From a virus (lineage: Duplodnaviria; Caudoviricetes): 64,000 nt of DNA. This document shows, one piece after another, positions 6,235 to 14,395 of this stretch (position 1 is its first letter; the number at the start of each line of letters is the position of its first letter). Under the pieces are notes generated by a model. That model did no database searches, was not told the DNA's origin, and was given only the letters and a program-made list of their open reading frames with translations. Made by a program: the position numbers and the translations under genes. The stretch is taken from positions 1-64,000 of the IMG/VR virus record IMGVR_UViG_3300047272_000250. One strand, 5' to 3'.

Positions 6235-8034
6235 TTAAATTATGCCCATATTCTCAAGCGCATCTGCTAATTCTTCTGGCATTCTTCTAGGTGGTCTAAC
6301 CACGTTATTTTGCTTCTGTTGTTTTTCCATTTCCTCTAGGTAATTATCTCTCTGTAATTCCCTAAATGTATGGATCTCTACTTCTTTATTCTCTGTTCTC
6401 TTAGAATGATACATGGCATTATAGATAGCCCCGCAAACTGCGTCCGCTAAGTCTTTAGATCCCTTTCTTGGGTGGTCTACTCTATCTCTAATAATACGAA
6501 GTTGTAGCATTTCATCAATAAGCAATTGAATTGCTGGACCCTTAACTCTTTCTTCTGCAATGATAAGCGCAAAGTCTTCGTAGTGTTTCTTGGCTACTGA
6601 TAGAAGTTCTGTGTTTACTCCATAACCCTTTAGCTGTTGCATCATGTCATGTGAGTTCCATCTATCGAATGTAGAAAGCTTTAAGTTAAATCCCCGCTGT
6701 TTTAGGGAGACGATGTAATCCTTTACTTCAGTAAAGTCTACGCTCTTAGAAGCAGTTGGAGTCCAATATCTTACTGCATCTACGACAACAACTGGAGCTG
6801 TCTGGGCATACTCATTACCCACCTTCATGTTAACCCACTTATCTACGTGAGCCATAGCAACGGCACAATGGTCATGCTTCTGTGCAAGGTCAATGTGTAA
6901 GAAGTATTCCTTGTCTGGCAGTGGCTGGAACCAGTCTGCGAATCTACTTGTGTCGTCTACGGCTAGGTTTGGATTATTAAATGCAGCCTCAACCTTTTCT
7001 CTAGACTTAAAGAATGCATCCACAGCTTCTGGTGGCATGCAGGCAAATCTAGATAGGGCGTCTTCAGCATTTCTATAAAACTCAATCTTGAAGTCCTCAA
7101 TACTTCTGGTAGGGTTAATCTCCCATGTTGGCCTCTTCAGGGCGTATACATTTGGGATCTTGTAGGCAACAATTCTGTCCTCTTCCCACTGAATACTAAA
7201 CTTATTCCCTGGCTCATCTTCTGGCAGGTCTGGGTTCAAGATAAATGTGTGTGACTGGATTACAACTTCCTTCTGAGAAATTACTTCCTCATACTTTTGT
7301 TGAATAAAGTCATTCTTAAAACGAGGGAATGATAGTAGGATTAGTTTACCAAAGTCTGGAAAACGTGATGACACAGATGCACGATACATGTCATAGATAG
7401 CAGAAGCTGTTTTAGACTGATCATGTCCTGTTGTAGACTCTAGGGCAAAGCCTGAAATTTCGTCAAGGACCACAACCATTACGTTATATCCTTCCCAGGC
7501 TTCTCTTTCTGAGTGTCCTGAGTGTACTGTAATGTTCTTCGGGAACTCTACGCTTCCCGCCTTGGCGTTGTATTTACCAACAAACCATGGAGACTTATCT
7601 AGTCTAGCCTTAAATCCCTTAAAGAAAACGTTGTTTGCCTGTACTGCGTTGATAGCAATATTAAGAATATCGATAGAGTCGCCTGAAGGCTTGCCATAAT
7701 ATGTTGCTGGATCTTTTAGACATAGCAGTAGGTATGAAATATAAGCAGCGGCAATAGTAGATGTATAGTCCTTACCAGAACCCTTACCAAGCTGGAAGAT
7801 AACTTCGTTACAGGTTTGCTTCCATCTCTTCTCACCCTCTTCTTCTCCCAGCCATCTGTGCAATGTATCTCTTTTATAAATCTGAGTCATTGCCTTAAGC
7901 ATTGTGTACTGGTTATCTGATAGTGGTGGTAGACCAAGATACTTAGTATCTGTAACAAACTCAGCTAAGTCTACGGGGACTTCTTCGAATTCATCATCCT
8001 GTAATGCGTCTAAAAAATCGTCTAAGTTAAGCAT
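6235..8034 (-). CDS. terL: Terminase large subunit
   Basis: Walker A GKGSGKD, Walker B VVVLDE, nuclease motifs HIDLA...D and KDLADA. Confidence 0.92.
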   Translation of the reverse strand: MLNLDDFLDALQDDEFEEVPVDLAEFVTDTKYLGLPPLSDNQYTMLKAMTQIYKRDTLHRWLGEEEGEKRWKQTCNEVIFQLGKGSGKDYTSTIAAAYISYLLLCLKDPATYYGKPSGDSIDILNIAINAVQANNVFFKGFKARLDKSPWFVGKYNAKAGSVEFPKNITVHSGHSEREAWEGYNVMVVVLDEISGFALESTTGHDQSKTASAIYDMYRASVSSRFPDFGKLILLSFPRFKNDFIQQKYEEVISQKEVVIQSHTFILNPDLPEDEPGNKFSIQWEEDRIVAYKIPNVYALKRPTWEINPTRSIEDFKIEFYRNAEDALSRFACMPPEAVDAFFKSREKVEAAFNNPNLAVDDTSRFADWFQPLPDKEYFLHIDLAQKHDHCAVAMAHVDKWVNMKVGNEYAQTAPVVVVDAVRYWTPTASKSVDFTEVKDYIVSLKQRGFNLKLSTFDRWNSHDMMQQLKGYGVNTELLSVAKKHYEDFALIIAEERVKGPAIQLLIDEMLQLRIIRDRVDHPRKGSKDLADAVCGAIYNAMYHSKRTENKEVEIHTFRELQRDNYLEEMEKQQKQNNVVRPPRRMPEELADALENMGII

Positions 8035-8566
8035 TCTCTACATTAATAACATTGATAGGTTCTACAACTCCAGATATTCTGGACAATCTAGATGCTACTT
8101 CCTTACGGCAGTTAGGGCACTTAGATGTAACATCTCTTAGGATACCTACAAGAATCTCCTGCTTTTCTTCTGACTCTGCAATTCTGGCACCAATCTCTTC
8201 GTTATCTAGAAGTCCCGCCTTCTGCAACATTTCCATTTGCTTAGACTGAATATCAGAAACTAACTTGAGTGATGCTACCTTAGATCTTAAATCGGCAACA
8301 GAATCTGACTGCTCTACAGTCTCCCAAGCTTTGTTGATCAACATAGCAAAGTGTTGGTCTGCTGCTACGAGAGACTCTCTGGCTCTCTCCTGAATACTCT
8401 TATCGTTCTTCGCATAGTCTTTCCATTCATCAACGAGTCTAAGAACTTCTGCTCGCTTTATTTCTAGTTCTTTTGCAATGTCAGATGGGTTGTATCCCTT
8501 AAGTGTAAGTTCAACAACCTTATTCATTCTGTCAAATCCGTCTGCAACTTCCATGTCTGTGCTCAT
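8027..8566 (-). CDS. HTH protein, probable terminase small subunit
   Basis: N-terminal HTH (GYNPSDIAKELEI), helical, directly upstream of terL. Confidence 0.6.
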   Translation of the reverse strand: MSTDMEVADGFDRMNKVVELTLKGYNPSDIAKELEIKRAEVLRLVDEWKDYAKNDKSIQERARESLVAADQHFAMLINKAWETVEQSDSVADLRSKVASLKLVSDIQSKQMEMLQKAGLLDNEEIGARIAESEEKQEILVGILRDVTSKCPNCRKEVASRLSRISGVVEPINVINVENA

Positions 8567-8755
8567 TTATCTCCCATGATCGGTTTTATAAAAACCGCTT
8601 CCCTTAAACTGAATGCCAAATGAGTTAAACATTCTTATCATATCGGCTTCGCACTCTTCACACTTATAGCCAGGATCAGATTCTGAAATAGATCTGGTTA
8701 CATTCAGTAGCGCATGTGAATCATCCACGCTGCACTTATACTCATATACTGGCAT
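8567..8755 (-). CDS. FmdB-family zinc-ribbon protein
   Basis: MPVYEYKC...CEEC...FKGSGFYKTD. Confidence 0.85.
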   Translation of the reverse strand: MPVYEYKCSVDDSHALLNVTRSISESDPGYKCEECEADMIRMFNSFGIQFKGSGFYKTDHGR

Positions 8756-9006
8756 TAGTCTGGCTTCACATCCCAGTTTGCATAATGCTCTTTCCAGTTA
8801 TCTGTCCCGTAAAAGTCCATTTGACTAGAGATGAAGTCATCTCCTTCTGGCAAGCGCTTCTGGGTTCTTGTACCAGAAATTCCATACCATCTGACTAGCT
8901 TTTCATTACAGGTATCGCAGTTATATCCTGGATCCTCTTCATTTATGCTTCTAAAGTGTGTGTACTGAACCTCACACTTTTTACATTCGTACTGATACGA
9001 AGGCAT
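8755..9006 (-). CDS. FmdB-family zinc-ribbon protein (second copy)
   Basis: MPSYQYECKKC...CDTC. Confidence 0.8.
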   Translation of the reverse strand: MPSYQYECKKCEVQYTHFRSINEEDPGYNCDTCNEKLVRWYGISGTRTQKRLPEGDDFISSQMDFYGTDNWKEHYANWDVKPD

Positions 9007-9290
9007 TACAGTCCTCTTTCTTTAACCGCCCGATATACCTTCTTTAGAATAATATACCCAGCCAGATCATCAAGGTCGTTGTCACCAGCAAAGTTGCCGT
9101 GGTTCTTGATCCTTGAAAGCTTATCGTCAATGCGGACATTGATTTGTTCATCCGTCTCAACCTTGCTGAAAATCCTAACGGGATCAGAGAAGCTGCTGCC
9201 GTATGACTTATTCTTTTCAATAAGCATATCCTTAATTGTATCACAAACTTCGGCAATAACTTTTTGTACTTCTGTTAGGTCGTTACTCAT
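9006..9290 (-). CDS. DUF1599-like (nucleotide-modification-associated) protein
   Basis: KNKSYGSS...RIDDKLSRI...DLAGY. Confidence 0.7.
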   Translation of the reverse strand: MSNDLTEVQKVIAEVCDTIKDMLIEKNKSYGSSFSDPVRIFSKVETDEQINVRIDDKLSRIKNHGNFAGDNDLDDLAGYIILKKVYRAVKERGL

Positions 9291-10093
9291 TTTCTTCTCC
9301 TCAATACTCCCATAGTTAGGTCTTCTAGCTTTTCGAAATCTAATCTTGATAGTGGCACCTCTTCACCAGTCACGGTCACATGGCTTACTTCATAGTCATT
9401 ATATAGCTGGTCAATGAACTCTGATGGCATATATGGACCAAACTCAATGATTACCAAATCTGTCTTTGATAATGTCTTCTCCATGCCCTTCCACGCTAAA
9501 GGCTCTGCACCTTCAATATCTATTTTAATTATATCAATATGATCGAGTCCTAGCAAGTGGTCTACGGTGTCTGATTCTACTTCTTGAGATACCGTCCATT
9601 CTTCTTCTGGAATAGTAGAAGGAAGCTCTTGCTTACCCCATACCATTGATGACCCGCCAAGGAATTTAGGGGGTATGTGAAGGGTAACTGTACCCTTGCT
9701 ATCAGATACAGCAACGCTAAATACTGTAACTGGAGCTCCGTTGTCGATTGGATAATCAACAATAGATTTAGAAATCATATTTGAAAGGTTCTTGTTAGCC
9801 TCAAATGCATAGACCTTACCAGAAGACTCTGCTAGTCTTTCCATAATTCTAGTATAGTAGCCATAATTAGCTCCAATATCTAGGCATACAAATCCTGGCT
9901 TAATATTATTTGTCATCCAAGAAGTAATCCATGACTCCCAATAGCCTGTATTTGATAGCCATTGTCCTACTGATTGCTCTTCTCTATCTGTATAAAGGTA
10001 TACATCATCTAGGATCTTGGCTAGATCTTCCTTTGTTGCTCCCTTAATCCCGACTCTTTCAACATAGTCTTTGGACATTCCATGCGTAATCAT
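9287..10093 (-). CDS. FkbM-family SAM-dependent methyltransferase
   Basis: LDIGANYGYY, VYAFEAN, IKIDIEGAE. Confidence 0.9.
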   Translation of the reverse strand: MITHGMSKDYVERVGIKGATKEDLAKILDDVYLYTDREEQSVGQWLSNTGYWESWITSWMTNNIKPGFVCLDIGANYGYYTRIMERLAESSGKVYAFEANKNLSNMISKSIVDYPIDNGAPVTVFSVAVSDSKGTVTLHIPPKFLGGSSMVWGKQELPSTIPEEEWTVSQEVESDTVDHLLGLDHIDIIKIDIEGAEPLAWKGMEKTLSKTDLVIIEFGPYMPSEFIDQLYNDYEVSHVTVTGEEVPLSRLDFEKLEDLTMGVLRRRK

Positions 10094-10233
10094 TTTCTAA
10101 TAAGTCCGAATTTCTCTAGGTATCGCTGGATTGTCATATGTGAGCAACCAGCTTCTTTTGCTATCTCAACGATAGTCTTCTTTTGAACTACATATCTTCT
10201 ATATAGCCAGTCTTTGGATTCGTATAGCTTCAT
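10090..10233 (-). CDS. 47-aa HTH DNA-binding protein, missing from the ORF track
   Basis: Hand translation MKLYESKDWLYRRYVVQKKTIVEIAKEAGCSHMTIQRYLEKFGLIRK; ATGA overlaps at both ends. Confidence 0.8.
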   Translation of the reverse strand: MKLYESKDWLYRRYVVQKKTIVEIAKEAGCSHMTIQRYLEKFGLIRK

Positions 10234-10796
10234 CGTGCAGTCAGATTCTCGTATGCGTAATGAGCAATACCTATTGCATCACCGACATCGTGATCTTCTA
10301 CAGTCACGCCAAACTTCTTATTAACAAAGTCCATAGTTCTTTGCTTTCTCATTTCTCTAATCTTATTGCTATACCAGGTATCTGATTTACCTGGAAACTC
10401 TAATTTAACTGCTGTCTTTTCAGCCTTACCAAATACCTTATTACCTATGAAGCTTTGCCATGAGGAAGGCTGTACCGTCATTACCTTAGTCCCGTCCTGC
10501 ATTAGCTGGGAGATAATAGCCCCATAAACGTAGGACAACTTAATCACAACATCAGCAGACTTAACGAATACTGCACCCTCGATAGCAATATAATCAGAAC
10601 TTAAATGACTATGCATTGCTGCAATTTTCTTACGTGCATCATAGATTCTTTCGTAGATATCATTACCATTGACAATAATCTTGCCATGAGAGACAAGGTT
10701 TCCTCCATCAATAATGCCAAAAGCAACCGACGCTGTTGAAGCATCGATTCCAATTACTCTACTAGCCTTATGCTTGGCTAGGCTTGCTATGCCCAT
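10230..10796 (-). CDS. RuvC-like Holliday junction resolvase
   Basis: IGIDAS, IAIEG and DVGDAIGIA acidic motifs. Confidence 0.85.
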   Translation of the reverse strand: MGIASLAKHKASRVIGIDASTASVAFGIIDGGNLVSHGKIIVNGNDIYERIYDARKKIAAMHSHLSSDYIAIEGAVFVKSADVVIKLSYVYGAIISQLMQDGTKVMTVQPSSWQSFIGNKVFGKAEKTAVKLEFPGKSDTWYSNKIREMRKQRTMDFVNKKFGVTVEDHDVGDAIGIAHYAYENLTAR

Positions 10797-11058
10797 TTAT
10801 CATATCCAATAACTCTTGTCGTTGATCATATACATCCTTTTCATCGCAAGTAACGCATACGTCATCATAGTTGTATCTGCTTAGCTGGATCTTACAGATC
10901 TTACAGTTTCTTACTGACCCAAGTTTAATGGCACGTCGCTCATAGTAACGCTCCATAGTTCTTTTGTTAGTTGCTAGTCTGCAACACTCATCAGAACAAT
11001 ACTTTTGGTTGTGTGTAGCCTTCTCGAACTGGGCGTTACACTCATCATAAGCACATAT
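10768..11058 (-). CDS. Cys-rich zinc-finger protein; frame extends upstream of the tracked ATG to a probable ATA start
   Basis: Extension ICAYDECNAQFEKATHNQKYCSDECCRLATNKRT is in frame with ORF 10768..10956. Confidence 0.65.
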   Translation of the reverse strand: MCAYDECNAQFEKATHNQKYCSDECCRLATNKRTMERYYERRAIKLGSVRNCKICKIQLSRYNYDDVCVTCDEKDVYDQRQELLDMINGHSKPSQA

Positions 11059-11825
11059 TAAAGTTTCAGGACTGGTATTAATTTTTCACCGTCTTCCATC
11101 TCAAAGCACGTATTGCGAACTGGGCAATTGGTGCAGATCTGATTATTCTTTCTGAATGGTCTCTTAGGAGCTTCTCCTGAGTCATACATTGAGCGAACTT
11201 CTCTCATCCATGTATAGACATCTTCAAGGAACTCTCTATTGGCTTCGTTCATCTTGACTGGAAGAATAAGGACCTCTTGGTTATTCTTATTCTCGTACAT
11301 CAAGAAGCCTTCTTCAGCCTCAGATACATCCATGTAAATTAAAATTTGTAGTAGGTGATTCTGGGATGGCTTCATAGAGTTCTGTCTAAATAGATAAGCT
11401 TCATCCTTAGTAGTCTTGATTTCACCAATGACTTCTTTGCCTTCCCAATCAAGGATAAGGTCTGCGAATCCTCTTACTGGTGGATCATTCTTTAGAATCT
11501 CCCGCTCTGTCTCCTTAAGAACTCCAGTCTTTTCAAATAGTTTCTGTAGTCTTTCGTGAGCCGCTGTTCCGTTAGCCATATTGGCAACTGAGATAGCATC
11601 AAATGTATCGTTGAACTCTGTGCCAGTAAAGGCAATGAACCAATATCTAGCGCAGTTTCCATGACCATACCCTACTGTACTTGGAGAGAATGTAGTTTTC
11701 TGCATAAACTTCGCAGTATTCTTACCTTCAAGGTACGCAGCATCGATGAGCTTTGACAGCTCTGCTGGATTAAATCCAGATACATGCTTTTTAAATTTTA
11801 AGTTTGTTACTAATTCTCTTCCCAT
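11058..11825 (-). CDS. Cas4-like PD-(D/E)XK exonuclease
   Basis: CARYW, GFADL, GEIKT, Q..IY and C-terminal CxxCxxxxxC cluster motif. Confidence 0.85.
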   Translation of the reverse strand: MGRELVTNLKFKKHVSGFNPAELSKLIDAAYLEGKNTAKFMQKTTFSPSTVGYGHGNCARYWFIAFTGTEFNDTFDAISVANMANGTAAHERLQKLFEKTGVLKETEREILKNDPPVRGFADLILDWEGKEVIGEIKTTKDEAYLFRQNSMKPSQNHLLQILIYMDVSEAEEGFLMYENKNNQEVLILPVKMNEANREFLEDVYTWMREVRSMYDSGEAPKRPFRKNNQICTNCPVRNTCFEMEDGEKLIPVLKL

Positions 11826-11826
11826 A

Positions 11827-12144
11827 TTACTTCATGCCATACTTGAGTGCAGCCACTAACTTGTCGATTGAATCGGCAACAGTATAGTAAACATTCTTCT
11901 TCTTGCTGGCAGTCTCTCCCTTTTCTAAAGTCGTGTAGTATCTCGCCAATATTGATAGTTTAGCAGATATTGCTTGCAGTTTAATAATTAAGATAGATGC
12001 TGCTGCAGGTGGAATGTCTGGCTTAGCAATAAGTTTGATGATTGATTCTAGTGCTGAGTCTAGGTCTGGATCAGCCATGAACTCCTTCATGTCATTAAAC
12101 TCAGATACTTCGCTGAGAAGTTCTAGTGGTGACTTATCGCTCAT
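11827..12144 (-). CDS. Hypothetical helical protein
   Basis: ORF with RBS inside an operon. Confidence 0.75.
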   Translation of the reverse strand: MSDKSPLELLSEVSEFNDMKEFMADPDLDSALESIIKLIAKPDIPPAAASILIIKLQAISAKLSILARYYTTLEKGETASKKKNVYYTVADSIDKLVAALKYGMK

Positions 12145-12235
12145 TCTTAATCCTCTTATCTAGCTTATCTATAAATAATCCCAATGGGTATCCAACTGAA
12201 AACCCAATCATTAATCCAAACAGGAATGTTGTCAT
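12134..12235 (-). CDS. 33-aa single-TM protein, missing from the ORF track
   Basis: MTTFLFGLMIGFSVGYPLGLFIDKLDKRIKNER fills the gap, with GGAGGAG RBS and ATGA overlap. Confidence 0.6.
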   Translation of the reverse strand: MTTFLFGLMIGFSVGYPLGLFIDKLDKRIKNER

Positions 12236-12537
12236 TCGTGATTCTCCTCCCAGAACTCAATCAGTTCTTCTAGTATTGCCCACTCAATAATCCCAAGTCT
12301 TACCTTGGCTTCTGAGCCTATAATAATCTTTAGTGCTGGATGCATATCTCTGCTTACCTTAAAGGTATCTGTACATATCTTTGCCCAGTTATCTTTGTTA
12401 AGCGTAAATGATTTACCAGCTTCTTTATAATCTACTAGGAACTGCTTCCACTTAGCATCCCCCTTTTGATACTGACCTCTGCCAGAGTTCTTCTGTGCTT
12501 TAGCCCCGTCTCTTTTTACTTCACCACGCTCAGACAT
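12232..12537 (-). CDS. Small PD-(D/E)XK nuclease / resolvase-like protein
   Basis: NSGRG..KGDA...VDYKE. Confidence 0.7.
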   Translation of the reverse strand: MSERGEVKRDGAKAQKNSGRGQYQKGDAKWKQFLVDYKEAGKSFTLNKDNWAKICTDTFKVSRDMHPALKIIIGSEAKVRLGIIEWAILEELIEFWEENHE

Positions 12538-12728
12538 TATAGTCGTCCTTTTGAAACGTGATCTTTAGAGCATGTCCAAGTAAGTTCTCTAGAGTCTTCA
12601 TCATATAGCGCAACCTTAACTACTTCATTACACTCTTCGCAAGAGAATGAGCCGTCAACTGTAGCTCCCGCTTTCTTTATCTCTGGAGTCTTCTTGGACA
12701 TAAAGTCCTCTATCTTAGGACTTGGCAT
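12537..12728 (-). CDS. Small zinc-binding hypothetical protein
   Basis: CEEC...CSKDH. Confidence 0.7.
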   Translation of the reverse strand: MPSPKIEDFMSKKTPEIKKAGATVDGSFSCEECNEVVKVALYDEDSRELTWTCSKDHVSKGRL

Positions 12729-13716
12729 AGATCTCTTCTTTTAGCTTTTCAACTATCTCTGGATTCTCTCTGAGATATTCAACGGTCTTAGCACGTCCTT
12801 GGAATCTTTCTTCTCCAACTGTGTACCATGCTCCACCCTTTTGGATAATTCCAAACTGTTCTGCAACATCTAGGATTTCTCCTACGCCGTCTACGCCTAG
12901 AGTTTCCCCCTGAAAGTAGAAGTCGTATTGTCCCGAAAGATTAGGGGGGCCGAGTTTGTTGTAATCAATAATCCAGTTAACTGGTCTTCCGACTCTTTGT
13001 TCGATAATCTTGTCGCCAACTTTAACACCAGATTTAATAGCATTCGCCTCAGCTTCAGACGACCAGAGCTTGATGACAGTGGAAGAGAAGAACTTGACAG
13101 CCATTCCGCCTGTGGGGATGTGGCTAGCATGCATAGATCCAAACTGATTTCGTTGCTGTGAGATGAGAACAAGTAATGTGTTTTTGTTTGCGTAGTTGAG
13201 CATTTTGACTGCATGTGTCATATCCTTTGCTTCTGCACCAATCTGCTTGGTGTCTTCTAGTTTCTTTAACTCAGAGCTATCCTTTTCAAAGTAAATAGCT
13301 GGTAGCAATGCTGAGATAGAGTCAACGACAATAATATCTACGCCTGCTTCCATCAACTGTGTTCCGATATCAACCATATCGTTAATTGTTTTGACTGGAG
13401 AATAGATCAACTCTTCTGAGTTTACACCTAGCTTCTCAGCCCAGTCTCGTGAGTAAGATGCTTCTCCATCAATCCAAGCACATGTCTTACCTTCTTTTTG
13501 TGCCTGTGCAATCATCTGCAAGCAGAAAGATGACTTACCTGCTGACTTATTCCCCCATACTAGGATCTGTCTCCCGTACCCTAGGCCGCCTTTTAGGGCT
13601 ATGTTTAGACCTATGCTTGGAGTTTTCTGCTTTGGGGTTTCTACTTCTAGTGCTATTTGAACCCTTTGTCTTGTCTTTGGGTCCAGCTTTGACATTATAT
13701 CCGTTGCTACGCTCAT
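12715..13716 (-). CDS. recA: RecA/UvsX-like recombinase
   Basis: GNKSAGKS P-loop, IIVVDSISAL, GG.AVKFFSS, IIQKGGAWY. Confidence 0.93.
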   Translation of the reverse strand: MSVATDIMSKLDPKTRQRVQIALEVETPKQKTPSIGLNIALKGGLGYGRQILVWGNKSAGKSSFCLQMIAQAQKEGKTCAWIDGEASYSRDWAEKLGVNSEELIYSPVKTINDMVDIGTQLMEAGVDIIVVDSISALLPAIYFEKDSSELKKLEDTKQIGAEAKDMTHAVKMLNYANKNTLLVLISQQRNQFGSMHASHIPTGGMAVKFFSSTVIKLWSSEAEANAIKSGVKVGDKIIEQRVGRPVNWIIDYNKLGPPNLSGQYDFYFQGETLGVDGVGEILDVAEQFGIIQKGGAWYTVGEERFQGRAKTVEYLRENPEIVEKLKEEIYAKS

Positions 13717-13870
13717 AAAAACTTTCTTCTAGTTCTGAGGCTAATGCCTTCATTTCTCTGCTACGCATTGTAGCTATCTTCTTTATTATGTTTATAATCT
13801 CTTCTTCCGAAGATGATTTAAAGACAAGTATTATCTCGTCATTGGTTCCAAATAAGAAGTAACCATTCAT
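13547..13870 (-). CDS. Hypothetical protein (leaderless; tail overlaps recA)
   Basis: TGGTATACT 8 nt upstream of ATG. Confidence 0.55.
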   Translation of the reverse strand: MNGYFLFGTNDEIILVFKSSSEEEIINIIKKIATMRSREMKALASELEESFYERSNGYNVKAGPKDKTKGSNSTRSRNPKAENSKHRSKHSPKRRPRVRETDPSMGE

Positions 13871-13887
13871 TTACTTATAGTATACCA

Positions 13888-14208
13888 TTAAAAGAGGTTC
13901 CCGTGAAGTGCTGGTCTCTCTCTATTTTTATTCATCTTCATCTCATAGATATCTGTTAATGAATGTTCAATCTGTCCTGCATTCTCCATAGCCTGATAGA
14001 TGTCTAGCAATCTAATTAGAACATCAGCCATTTCTTCTACAATCTCTTGGCTACCTTTAGACTTTCTAATAGCTTCAAGTACCTCTGTGACCTCTGAATG
14101 TACTAGTGCTAGCTTATTACCAAGCTTGTCATATGTTACTGCCCCGTCCCAAAATCCCTTGGACTTTGAGATCGTGTGGATTTCACTCGCCATCTGGTTG
14201 AGATTCAA
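13888..14208 (-). CDS. MazG-like NTP pyrophosphohydrolase
   Basis: SEVTEVLEA...EEMADVLIRLLD; probable TTG start at 14208 after GGGAG. Confidence 0.88.
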   Translation of the reverse strand: MNLNQMASEIHTISKSKGFWDGAVTYDKLGNKLALVHSEVTEVLEAIRKSKGSQEIVEEMADVLIRLLDIYQAMENAGQIEHSLTDIYEMKMNKNRERPALHGNLF

Positions 14209-14395
14209 CTTGCTCTCCCATTCTAATAATGAATTCTTGTGACTCTGTATCGATATCAAGCATTAGGCCCTTAGTCTCAAGTCCAGGTGACATATAGTCT
14301 GCTACCTTTACTCTGATCTCTCCATTAGATACCGCTGCTGCTAGCAGAAGTCTAGGAAGATTAATTTCGATATCTTGCTGTTGTTCTTCGCTCAT
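14183..14395 (-). CDS. Hypothetical protein
   Basis: AGGAG RBS; ATGA overlap with dnaE. Confidence 0.65.
   Translation of the reverse strand: MSEEQQQDIEINLPRLLLAAAVSNGEIRVKVADYMSPGLETKGLMLDIDTESQEFIIRMGEQVESQPDGE

Noticed and set aside
11058-11825. CRISPR-Cas system suggested by the Cas4-like gene
   Set aside because: No repeat-spacer array or other cas genes seen
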